Below, piece after piece: positions 39,335-52,700 of a stretch of 64,000 nt of DNA. The stretch is from Bugula neritina (taxonomy: Eukaryota > Animalia > Bryozoa): NCBI GenBank assembly GCA_964035545.1, contig OZ037767.1, positions 21,344,628-21,408,627 of the forward strand. The letters are read 5' to 3'. A program made the position numbers and the translations under genes. Numbering within the stretch: the first letter of the stretch is position 1; every line of letters starts with the position of its first letter. A model generated the notes under the pieces. It did no database searches and was not told the origin of the DNA. It saw only the letters and a list, made by a program, of their open reading frames with translations.

Positions 39335-42189
39335 CTGTATAAGTAATGTATGACCATGTATAAGTACAACGCATGCACACATATAAGTAACATATGAACA
39401 TGCATAAGTAACACATACACACGTGTAAGTACGCATGCATTTGTATAACCAACATATGAACATGTATAAGCAAAGTATAAGCATTTATAACTAATATTAT
39501 ATTATGCACTTGTATAAGCAATGCATACACTTGTATAAGTAACTGATAACATATACACCTCCCATGCAAATGAAAGAAACTACTGTTTTAGCAAGACATG
39601 TTTAAAAAGTATGTTTCCAGCCTGCAGAGAACTTAAGTGACTCTAAATTCCAAGAGCTGTGAACATTAAGTTATATAATGCTAAGCAGCTGAAATTTGTG
39701 TGGCCAGTCATAATATTATTATAATGATTATTTTGGCAGAAAATTTGAGAGCATAATGGTCACACACACCACACACACCCACGCACACACACACAGGCGA
39801 ATGTATATAAGCACACACGCTCATATAATGCATATAAACATACATGCAAGCAGAGATCAGCACACATATTTTATATTTTGTTATAGAACCACAGGAATAT
39901 TCATTGTGGTGTCAGGGATAGCACTGACTACCACACAATGATATGATTCACTCACGATAATTAATAAATAATATATTATGTTGTGTACATTATATGGTGC
40001 ATAATTTATAGTATAACATGTGTGTGTGTGCTGCTTGCTTAGAATTAATTTAATACTTAAATTAGAATTCTTCCAGTGATGCGAAAATTCCTTTCACAAC
40101 TGTTTTTCACAAGTCAATAAAGTCAACAAAATATACATTTCTGATATTTAATAGAGTAATTTCCAACATACGATATAGGACATAACCTAGACTTATTTCT
40201 TACCAATAACTACTGTTATATAGAGGAGGGCACCTAGTTCGTCCTTGTCTTTGTCATAATAAAGAGCATCACTTGATAGGTTGGCTCCAATGTTGGGCTG
40301 TGCCAGCATATTTTATCTGTAAAGCACACCTCACATATCAACAGGCAGGTATATTATATTCGTATATATCATATCAGCAGTGTAGCTGCTTTCTGTCATA
40401 TGAAGGCTATGTATCACAAGGTTTAGGAAATGTAGATCTTTTTCTGCCATAAAAAGTGCTGTGTATGTATGCACTTTGTAAGTTCATCGAGAAGCTTGAA
40501 GCTAAAATGAAACTGTCTTGGGCCAGGGTTGAGATTTCAATTGCAAACTTATTTTTATCTCAGCGAACTGTACAAAGTGCCAGTATATAGCTTGTTTCTT
40601 GTTTTTTCTCGCTGCCACTCTGTGGACTCCGTTAAATGAATAGCAAGTAGTTGACTTTGTGTGCAACAAACTTTGCTCTTTATGTTTTCACCCATTATTA
40701 CTTCAACTCCTTTTCTTGTTTTACAAACTTGATCATATGGACAAAGACATCGCATCAACATTACCAGTACACCACACTATGCTAATTTCTTTCCTAGCTT
40801 GTATACAGCTTTATATTCTTGGCCTTCTCAAAATCTTTATTCATAGAAAAACCCAGCAACTTTCATATTTGTTCTAGAGAGTCCACCAAAATCCACCAGC
40901 TTACTAATTATTTACTTTACCATTGAGAAGGTTATGATTCAGTAAGTCGTTGCTAAGGACAAATTCCCGTAGGAGTCTCGTTAAATGAGTCATTGGGAAA
41001 AATAGTTGGTGGAGCACATGCTTCGTGAGTATAAAAGGTTGTGGGGTTGAATCCTAGATGTGTCTTTTACTTCAGCGAGTATGCCAAAGGGCTTCGTTAG
41101 TGCAATTATAGTTTTGATTAGCTAGGACAGAGGGCAATCTAAATAGCTATATTTTGATAAGGCCATGTTGGGATAACCACTTTACCTGCAGAGTGGTGGT
41201 GTTTATATGTGAGTGTCATTGTGGTAGAGGAGAACCATAAAAACTAGTATGGGAAATAGTTTATAGATTTTAGATTATAGTATGGTTTGAAAACCAAATC
41301 TAAACTACATGTATGTAACCTAAAAAAGTCAGTAGAAATATAGTGTTGCTTGCGGAGCCAAGTTGAGATAGAATGTCCTCTTGACTTCTGTTACGAAAAT
41401 AGCAGTAATAGTTTGTAATATATTGAGAATGTACTATTTTATTAATATTACAGTAGGTACCTAGCATATCTTGGGTCGAATATGAATAACTTACCTTTTA
41501 GTTGCTTCTCTATCTGTTTTGGTTTGCTATAAGATTATATACAGAGTGTATTTTACCCACACACCGTGTCGCATTAGGCATTAGCCTTACTTTAATTCAC
41601 CCTCAAGTACTGCTCATTGATTTCATATGCAAGCATATCTCACCTCTCTATAAAGCTATCGATTTCTTGCTGGCTTGGTAAAAATATCAATTAAAATAAT
41701 AATTACCTCAGTATATTATACTCTGACATCATTTGGCATAATCGGCATCAGCTGCACGTTATGTTTTGTGTCAACAATAACATTGTATTATATAGCAGCT
41801 GCATTTTTAGTAAATTTATTTACACATGCATGCATGTGTAGTTCAACTTGTTTGTGCTAAATTATATAGAGCATATGATGACTATAATATAGCTACATTT
41901 TCCTCTATATTTTTCAAATATTGGGCATATATATAATAATAATTATTTTATATATCTAGCGTTTTGTTACATGTTATAATGCTAGCATTATAATATTATT
42001 GGTAATAATATGACCAGCTATAAATAGTTTCAGTTTTATAATGAATATATAGCTTGAACCATAAGACAATTTGTATATGCTACATGCATGTAATATGTAT
42101 TCACAAATTTTAATTACATCACATTATTTCAACTAAAATTTTCTTAGTAGGCTCTATTTAGTGATATTTTTTAGTAGTACACTGTTACC

Positions 42190-42226
42190 ATATATATACA
42201 GTATATATATACAGTATATATATACA

Positions 42227-42279
<53 letters not shown>
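42190..42279. repeat. (AT)n microsatellite
   Basis: Long AT dinucleotide run. Confidence 0.9.
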
Positions 42280-42282
<3 letters not shown>

Positions 42283-42860
42283 AAATATAAATAAAGTTTA
42301 GTGCATTGAGTGTGTTGGGTGTGTGTCGGTTGTGTGTGTGTGTGTGCATCATGTACATCACAGTACATGTGTGTGTGTTGTTTCGTGTAGATCATAATAT
42401 GTTTCTTCAGTGTTTATTAAAGATGTTTTCCGTAAGATAGCTAGGGTTTATTTGAAAGACAGATAACATTGTTATTGTTTTTGAAGTTTCCATGCAATGA
42501 TTGCTCATAGTTACAATCAGTTGACAGCTGTTCAGAGTTGTGCACTCAGTTTAGAAGTTTTTCTCACTTGAATAGTTCACAACGGTGATGAAAATATTTC
42601 TATAAGCAGCTTCGAGTTAGTGGTGAATGAGTGCAGTAGTTTGTAGTTCCGCAGTTTGAAGTTGGAAACACAACTTCAAAAACCAGATATTAAACTAAAA
42701 TCATCTTTCACCACTATAACTCGGGGCTGCTTATAGAGCTATTCTAGCAATGAACTGAAAACTTTTTCTAGTTCAGTGAACTCTGGAGTAAAGGCTTTTG
42801 CGAGTGGCGTATTTACCGTATCGTAAACATTCAAAACATTATTACGCTAACACAAAAAAG

Positions 42861-45814
42861 ATGGCAGCCTCCATACAACGTATATGCCTGTCAACTTCGC
42901 CTTTAATTTTTGAATCTATTTTAAGAAATACTCCCTCTGTTTCACTTTATCAACGCCGGGAAGGCCACAAGGTAAAAGAGATGATTTTTTTTCTAGGTGC
43001 AGTGTTACTTACTATTGTTTTATTTTCTAAGGTTGCTTTAATCAGTATGAGTTTGACTATGACTATGAGTAACTGTAATATGAATATCGAAATTTCTGTT
43101 AGTATTACTCTATTAGTATTAGTATTACTATTAGTATTACTATTACTATTAGTATTAGTATTAAGTATACTATTTCTAAACATTATCATTATGATTAACT
43201 TCAACTTAAAGTTTTTGTTCAAAATAACATAGAACATTAGTGATTAACTATAAGTATAAGATTAAGTATAACAATAACTTATTGAATAACTATAAGTATA
43301 ACTGCGAATAAGTATAACATTCTGTGATTTTTATTCTGATTTAATTTGAATTTCATTAATTTAGACCATTATGATTATCATGATTATCGTTGAGATTATT
43401 CATATTCATATTGTAATTATCATTCATATTCATGTTGACATATTGATGTTGGCATCTACTTCTGCAGCCACAAGCTCTGCTTCCAACAGATAAGACTAGT
43501 TCTAGTTTAGTTGAGTGTTTAAATTATTGTTATACTTTGCGCTCCTGGACTAGTTTTAATTTTACACCTACGGTTAGATGATTAGGCAGTCTGCAACTCA
43601 AGTTCACCTGGTCATGGTGGTGAGTAATCATTAGCTGGTCAAGAATAGTCCATTTTAGTTTGAATCTCTCATCATTAATCGTGATCATGATCTGGTCAAT
43701 TTGAATGACTGAGTGATTCATTGCCATTGTGTGTGACAACCAGTGCTGTATTTCACTCTCTTTTTTATCTGGGCCCCAAGGGCAAGTCTTCGATTATCAA
43801 CTCTTTATGTTAAGCTACCTTTTAAGTTTTAGCTGTATGACTAGTGTTGTGTTATTTCAGATCTAGAGGTAATTTGAAGTTGATCATTATCACTATGACT
43901 ATCTCAATTTGGATAATCTTGTGATACTGATAGCTGTATATTTAGTATTTCAATATAGAAAACAGCTATTCAGTATCACCTCTACTGCAAGGGTTGACTT
44001 GATAAGAAATAATTATTGGTAATTAAACATTTTCACTATTCAACTTTAGCATTAATGTTAAATTTGGTTTGTTTTAAATGTGCTTAAGTTTAATTTTTTT
44101 CATTTGAGAGACTTGTACTGTAGTTATAATTATATTGATACTGTAGTTGTAATTATATTGATTCCACATAGTATTTTATCCATCATAAAAATAATTATTG
44201 TGTTCGTTTCTATTGAAGTAATGAAATAATTATGGCTATTATAATCTTGAATTGGTAATTGAATCCTGTACTATGGTGATTGTACATTAAGGTAAATATC
44301 AAGTACCCACGCCCTGGGTCTTGGCCGCGCCAGTTGATAGTCAAAGTGACAGAACCAATATACCCAGAAATAAAAGTCAACCCAAGCAATACATGTACCA
44401 GACGCAGCAGTTTACCAAATTCTTTTGATATTCTCTCTAAATATGAAGAATTTCTCCTCAATCACCAAAAGTAAGACACACTACAGCAAAGTTTACTTGT
44501 CCTCATTATTGTGTTCACCAATAAAGTTAAATTAACTTTATGATTTTGTTAACCCTTGAAAGTCAAGTTAGTTATTGATTTTTCTTCCATACATTTAATG
44601 GTTTGAAATTTGTTTTAGAAAATTGCACGATGAAAATGCAGATGGTATATTGGCTTTTTACCATCTTGGATCTTGTTCAGCTAAACTTTTCAACAAATAC
44701 AGGGTAGGCTTACTTGTCATTAGTTATACCTGGTATAGAGTGAGTATACATAGTTATACTTAGTATAGAGTGAGTATATATAGTTATACTTAGTATAGAG
44801 TGAGTATATATAGTTATATCAAGTGTAGAGTGAGTACACATAGTTATACTTGGTATAGAATGAGTATATATAGTTATACCAAGTGTAGAGTGAGTACATA
44901 TAGTTATATAGGGTAAGTATATAGAGTGAGTATATATAGTTATATCAAGTGTAGAGTGAGTATACATAGTTATACTTAGTATAGAGTGAGTACATGTAGT
45001 TATACCAAGTGTAGAGTTAGAATGTAGTTGCTAGCAAATAGTGTTGTGTGTAATCCATCATGTTTCAGGTTGCATTCATGAAGCAAGAGTTCGACATTGC
45101 AAGGTTAAATCGTAAAGTATTTCATCATGCTGTGAAAGACACTAAGTATGAAACTCTCAACACTATCATATTCCAATCAACAGTATTGGTTATGTGTCCT
45201 AAACCAAAGGTAAGTCTTTTATTGTGTATCTTGGCTCAGTAAGTAGCAACACTATTACACTGCTGCCTTTTCTTTATATGCATGGCAGTATTAACCATTC
45301 TAGTGACCATGAATGTTGCACGTCTGGAGTTACTTTCGCTTGGTACGTAATGTCAACTTTGGTAAAGGAACCATCTAGCTGTTTATCATTAGCAGTGACT
45401 TGAGTCTAGCTTTCTATCATTTATATTGCAATCGTAGAGAGCCTAATATTAATAAATGAATACTGATTAGAGCTCTTACAATAGAATTAACTGTTGAGGG
45501 GTGGCTGCTTGGTTGCATGAATTGTAGATATCAGAGCAGAGTAGTTGCATGTTATGTGTGTAATGCAGGTACTGGAGATGGTGGAGTTGGCCAAGAAAGT
45601 ACCGCCACTCTATCTACTCTGTGCTGTAGTTGAAGGTCGTCTACTGAGCAAGACGGGGGTAGAAACGTACGCCTCGTACCCTGACAAACTGTCGCTACTG
45701 GCTCAGACTTCTGCGACACTCTCCCAGTCTTCTCAGCAAATCACCCGTCTACTCAACTCCCACCAAACTCTGTTATCCACCAACTTGAAAACTTACAGCG
45801 ATTTTAATTCTTGA
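42861..45814 (+). CDS. MRPL10: Mitochondrial ribosomal protein uL10m, 253 aa
   Basis: Exons 42861-42971, 44292-44470, 44619-44703, 45069-45209 and 45569-45814, all in phase. Presequence-like N-terminus, KVNIKYPRP...VTEPIYP, and KKVPPLYLLCAVVEGRLLS...Y...P...L...LS...LL..HQ..L typical of MRPL10. Confidence 0.85.
44722..45020 (+). repeat. 30-bp minisatellite (tagttatacttagtatagagtgagtatata)
   Basis: About 10 units in MRPL10 intron 3, each containing GA|GTGAGT. Confidence 0.88.
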
Positions 45815-46151
45815 TTTTGTGTAGTTGATTATTTAATCTGTTTTATCAAAAGTTCACATGAGCTGACCGCTGTCAACCAAATATTCAGCTCTTTTAAATT
45901 TAAGTAAGCTCTGATGTAAAATTAGATTCCATATATTATAGATGTTAATAAAGTGTTTCACAATTTTTATACAATTAACTGTGAACCGGTAGCTGACTGT
46001 ATTAGGTCATGAGTGTTCAGAGTAGAATATAACAGCAATGGACATACTTTGTACAAGTTTATTAACACCAACACCAGATCGGCCATAATGAGTAACTAGT
46101 TATAACTCATAGCTAATCAGCTGACAATTATTTACACAGTAATTGCAGACA

Positions 46152-49100
46152 CTATCGAACACGTTTTTGCTGTCGGTCTCTGTATATATCTCTGGCTGGA
46201 GCCTTGTTGTCAGACTCGCCATCGCTGCCGGGGTCTCCACTAGAGTTCACCATTTTCCTCTTCTTGCTCAGCACACTGGCTTTGTTGGCAGAGTAGTTGG
46301 TGCCGGCATCCATCTCCTGGAGCCCGTTGGCAGCACTATCTTCTTCCAGTGTGAACGCTGCAAGTCAAAAATAGCAGAGCTGAAAGAACTTCAATTTACA
46401 ACAACCTTAGCACAACTTGCTTGTCAGAAACATCTCTATATTTCAATTAGAATAATTAAATTTTTGTGAATAGACTGAAATTCTCACCATCAGGCAGCTG
46501 CATTTGAACAAAATGCTCCATAAATTTATCAATTTTAACAAAAGGTCCGATGAAACAGGATGGCGGAGGAAGTAATGTGAGAAGATGAGAGGCTGCAGGA
46601 GGGGGTGGGAATACTCCGCCCGGTACTGGGTGAGATCCTGTGGCTAAAATAGAAAGGGGCTGTGTACATGTTGCTAGGATAATGCGTGTACATGCTACTA
46701 GGATATTGTGTGTACATGTTGCTTGGATACTGTGTTCAAAGTTTAAATGAAATAATGGAAAAGGTGAAAGTTGGCGTGAACTTACGTATTACTTGTTTGG
46801 GTTTAAATGCTATCATCTGATTGGGATCAGGTCTAGGGAACTCGGTCTTGGCTTTAAATTCAAGGTCATCGTCGAGTGAGAGAGGGTCAGCATGAGTGAG
46901 TAATGGTAATGCACTATGATGGAGAGAGGTAGTTGATCTTGTATCCTACATAAATTGCAACATAAATTTATTAAATTATCTAATGATATAACAGAAATAA
47001 TCAGAAGCTACATTCAGCTGAAAACTACAAGCTAATATATTGTAGACTAAGCAATAGTGAATAATGAGTTAAGTTACTATTAGGAAAGTTTCTCTAAATG
47101 TCAGGTTCAATAGTATATTTGAAATATGTTTTTGACACATAGTGAGTTGACAGGGGTCTATCAAAAGCTAACCCCGGCAATTCCTCCCCAAACAACCAGC
47201 CAGCCTCTCTTACAGCTGAACACGAGTTGCTGATCCACTAAAAGCTTACTACAACTCAATAGCCACTAACTAAACACATAAGATATTTGACTCGCCTTGT
47301 ATCCCAGACACCTCAACTCTGCCGTGCTGCACGGCAGCAGGTCTAAGTATTTGTATCTCTCTACCAACAAACTGCCTTCTCGCCCTTCCAACTCTTTCAG
47401 GGTCTGGTGTACAGCGAGTCTTCTTTTTTCAACTTTATTAATGGATGGTAAATCACCGATCTGAGACTCAAACTCAACAAATTTTCTCCAAACATCTCTA
47501 CAGAAAAACATCAAATTATGACAATATTAAATATGTATATTATATTATTTAGCACGTATATTATACAAAATGTGGAACTTACATCGACTTCTCTGGTGTT
47601 AACTGTGAAGATGTTAGCACTCGCTCAAATAGTACTCGAGTATTGTTATCCTCTAAAGAATAAAATACAAAACAGTATGTACTGTACATAACTACAATAC
47701 ATGTGTGTGCGTATGTACCTGTGTGCACTACATGTGTGTATGTATGTGTGCACTACATGTGTGTATGTACTGTGTGCACTGTATGCATGTACTGTATAAG
47801 GTACTATATATAATGAAAAACAAATTAATATGAACACCACATGGTATATGCATACATAAAACAATACCGCAAAATATGGTCACACAATGTTATGTAATAT
47901 ACTTACCTCATACTACGTATGCTTACCTCATACTATATATACTTACCTCATACTACGTATACTTACCTCATACTACGTATACTTACCTCATACTACGTAT
48001 ACTTACCTCATACTACGTATACTTACCTCATACTACGTATACTTACCTCATACTACGTATACTTACCTCATACTATATATACTTACCTCATACTATATAT
48101 ACTTACCTCATACTACGTATACTTACCTCATACTATATATACTTACCTCATACTACGTATGCTTACCTCATACTACGTATACTTACCTCATACTATATAT
48201 ACTTACCTCATACTATGTATACTTACCCCATACTACGTATACTTACTTCATACTATATATACTTACCTCATACTACGTATACTTACCTCATAGTATATAT
48301 ACTTACCTCATACTATGTATACTTACCCCATACTACGTATACTTACCTCATACTATATATACTTACCTCATACTACGTATACTTACCTCATACTATATAT
48401 ACTTACCTCATACTACGTATACTTACCTCATACTATATATACTTACCTCATAATACGTATACTTACCTCATACTACGTATACTTACTCCATATCATAAAC
48501 ACTTACCATTCAGATGCAGCATGTAGTCTATAAAACTCATCACATACTCGGCGGAGTCACCAAATTTCTTCAGCCCAAGTTCAAAAATCTTGTATGCTAC
48601 CCCTTTGTCCTGCAACCATACAATACATCTGTTAGACTCCAGTCTACGCAGTAAGAACTCAGTCTACACAGTAGGAACTCAGTCTACGTATTAAGAACTT
48701 AGTGTACACAGCAAGAACTCAGTCTACACAGTAGGAACTCAGTCTACACAGTAAGAACTCAGTCTATACAGCAAGAACTCAGTCTATACAGTAAGAACTC
48801 AGTCTACACAGTAGAAGCTCACTTTGCTACAGTAGAACTCCATGAGTGCTGCAGAGACAAACACGTGATAGGTCGATCTCTTATCTTCACGCGCCATTTT
48901 GAAAACGGCTCTGGCTGATTTGATACCCTCGGCACGTCTGGCAAAACTCATGTACTGAACGTAGCACTACAACACATATGTGATACAATGTAATATAGTA
49001 ATATTTGTAATATAATATAGTAATATCGTATTACATATAATATAGTAGTGAGTGTAATATAATAATATTAGTAATATAGCAACATTGGTAATATAGAAAT

Positions 49101-49631
49101 ACAATGTAATATAGTATAGTTACATATTATTGTACTATAGTATTATTTGTATGTAATAGTGCTGATGGTATAGTAATGGTTGAGATACAGCGATACAATG
49201 CATTGTATTATTACTATATAGTAATATGTACATGTAGCAATAATATAGTAGTATTTGTAACATATTATGTTTACATAATAATATAGTAGCAATATTAGTA
49301 AATATATGAGGTGTGGTAAAAGATGACAGGAGACGTACAAGCGTAGGGTCGTGTTCCTCAATGCTGATATATTTCTTGTATATCGAATGCACCTTATCAT
49401 ACTTCAAACGACCCTGCAAACAGTAAAATAATATACATAAACCAAGTAGCTGTACTGGTAGTAGTAGTAGTAGTACCAGTAGTAGTAGTAGCAGTAGTAG
49501 CAGTAGCAGTAGTAGTAGTACTAGTAGCAGTAGTAGTAGTAGTAGTAGTAGTAGTACTAGAAGTAGCAGTAGTAGCAGTAGTAGTAGCAGTAGTAGTAGC
49601 AGCAGTAGTAGCAGTAGTACTTAGTAGTAGT

Positions 49632-49705
<74 letters not shown>

Positions 49706-52700
49706 TACTAGTAGTAGTAGTAGCAGTGATCTCACCTCTTCAAAGTCAGCGTATGCAAAGTAGAGAAGAAGTGTGTCCTTTAGCAGCCCTGAAATTGCCC
49801 TCTCGTACATATTGGCCGCTTCCTCTGCAAATATCTTAGAAGCATTCTGGTCTCCCTTCTCCGAGAGCAGTCTACTAGACTGTTCCAGGTAGCTGGCAGC
49901 CTCATACCAGATATCTGGATGATAGCCCAGACAAAGCAGACATTGCTCGTAGGCAAACATCACCCTCTTTGTGATGATAGCGTGGTCAGCTGACCTCAAA
50001 GGGTTGGACTTCTCCCAGTCTATGAACTTCTTCCACAACTCAACCTGAATATTTATATGACACGATGAGTTTAACGAAACACACTCCTCTCCAATCCAAA
50101 CCTATCAAATGTTTATTTTGTAACGTAGTAATGGCAACTAAACATTAGTTACCATGGTAACTACCTGCTTCATTTCCTCTGGAGAGTTGACTGGGGGCGT
50201 AGACGGTACGTTTCGGTTGATACCTTTATTCTGCATGTCAAACTCTCGGGCTACCCTCTTTGCCACCGAATATTCTTTACTTCTTTCTTCTATCATTTTC
50301 TTGGCTATTATCTGGTTAGTGTTCTGTAAGGCATCATTACATGTAATAGTAAATATCACCATATGTAATAGTAAGTATGATCACATGTAATAGTAAGTAT
50401 CATCACATGTAATAGTAAGTATGATCATATGTAATAGTAAGTATGATCATATGTAATAGTAAGTATGATCATATGTAATAGTAAGTGTCACTTACATTCT
50501 CGTATGTACAATATTCCTTCCAAAGCTGCTCAACTCCACTCATAGGGGTGACTGTACCTCTGTGATAAACTCTGCGTACAGCCGTGATTCGCTGGTTCTC
50601 CGCATATGATCCGACAGCTTCCCTGCAGTGTTACATATACAATGTCACATACACAGTGTTACATATATAGTGTCACATACACAGTGTCACATATACAATG
50701 TCACATATATAGTATCACACATACAATGTCACATATATAGTGTTACATATACAGTGTCACATATATAGTGTCACATATAATACAGTGTGTCACATGTACA
50801 GCATTATATATAGAGAGTCACATATATTATATATTATACAGTGTTATATATACAGAATCATATATACAGCGTCAGATGTGAGAATGCCTTGGTAACCTAC
50901 ACTGATTTCAGAAAGGTGATGTAGTCTGTCCACACAGGCAGAGCGCTGTGGTCTTGACCAATCTTATCTATGGCAAAGTCGTAGGCCTGCAAGAGCATAT
51001 TAGAAAGAAGCTCAAACTTATGTTGAAAGCAGCACAAGAAGGGAACACAACTACTAATATTCTGCAGTATTTTAACCAATACATACCTGCGCCATTTTCT
51101 CTTTGAAAGTAGGAAGTGATGCCTTTGTATCTTTGATGTACTGCAGATAGCACCTCCATAAGTCTATATTTAATATCTTAATCAAACATCTTTGAAATAG
51201 TTTCTCTACCTTTTCGTAGTTGTGTGCCCTCATCTGCATGAATAACATAACAGGTTAGTAAACCGTTTATGACAACTTATGATTTATGACAACGGGCAAG
51301 TGAAAACATAGCGAACTTTCATTAAACATGGTCATTTTTAAGAAAAGACAATCCCTTAGCACAATCAGTAGCTTGTTTATTGGATATTACCAAATTAAAA
51401 ATTTTAGGATAACCATAAAACAATCTAAATCTTGTAACCAACAGAGGGGACACTAAGTATGCAGGTAAAGGACCATTTTTGTTTACTTTTTTCTGATGCA
51501 CTGTTCTAAAAAATTGCCACACTAGGCATTATGGTCTATGACGTGTTGAGTGCCACCATCTTAACCAAAATAGCTTTGCAACAGATTAAGCAAAACAGGT
51601 AGTGCACACAACTCTTAATGAAAACTGACCAAAGCTCATCTCCATTAAGTGACTACAGTCTAGACTCTAGATTGAACTTGTACGCTGGCAAGAGACTAGA
51701 ACACAGAAATGAAGCCAAAAATCTTCAATACATCAACAACCACAACAATTAGTTGTAGGAATCCTGTTCAACACTTGACAAGTACGTTGCGGTTGTATAC
51801 CAAGTAATCTTGTTTTTATACCCTAAAGCAGGGCTGCTGCCCTTCCAATCTCAACCAACTATTCTCAACTAGAACTAGCCACTCTGACACTTAACTGCAT
51901 TAAATATTTGTTATTCTGATGGCTTTTTCACTACGTCAGCATATATTAGTAAAAGAAACAGTATAGGTGTTTAACAGTGTAAATTTAGGCTGTACTTTAT
52001 AAGTCTAAAAGCATTTGTGGATGAGTTTTGGCCAGAAACAAAGACTACCTTAGAATTACCATTGCGAGAATAAAATATCTGAGTAATAACATTTAGCAGA
52101 CCATAAAATATTAGGCAATTTATGAATTTGTACACCTCAGCATAGCCTTGTATTTGATATAGCACAGCTTTCCATGTTATGTTACTGATCAACAGTTTAA
52201 TGTTATATGGTACTTTTGAACAATGTGTAACCAGCATGGAATGACAGCTAAGAAACCTATTACCTCGAAAAGATAGTTGCATGGTTTATGCAAAGACTGG
52301 GAAAAACAATGGACCGACTGAATTGTTGTTCAATTTGAATCTCTAGAGCAGGGGTGGGCAACTGGGGCCCCTTGCCCATTTTTCAGTGGCCTTTTTAATG
52401 CCCAAGAAAAAATGGCATTGTTATTCTGAGCACAGCACAGCATAGGCGACAAATTACTTCATTATAATAAAATTTATTATGTGCACAATCTTGTGACCCT
52501 TCATTTTGGCTGACTTCTGAACTTGGCTCTTGAGTTTAGTCCAATTCTCTTGCACCACTAATGCACTACTGGGTCATATCTCGAGAAAATTTAGTAGCAC
52601 AGACCTTAAGGATAAGGTAGTAATCTAAGTATCATAATCTTTTATACGGAAGCATTGAACCATTGTCAATTCAAGGTCATGCTTGAGTTGGAAGCTGATT

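Noticed and set aside
40200-40900. Possible decayed transposase on the minus strand
   Set aside because: Coding-like composition, but many stops and no recognisable motif or termini.
41000-41070. Second tRNA-like or SINE head (ggggttgaatcc)
   Set aside because: Too degenerate to support.
47876-48533. Overlapping ORFs with [20 protein letters not shown] repeats (similarly 15441-15887, 581-856, 62981-63550)
   Set aside because: Minisatellite translations inside introns.
49397-49734. Poly-Leu/poly-Thr tract as part of the CSTF3 protein
   Set aside because: It lies after the donor GAG|GTGAGA near 49734 and is an intronic trinucleotide repeat.
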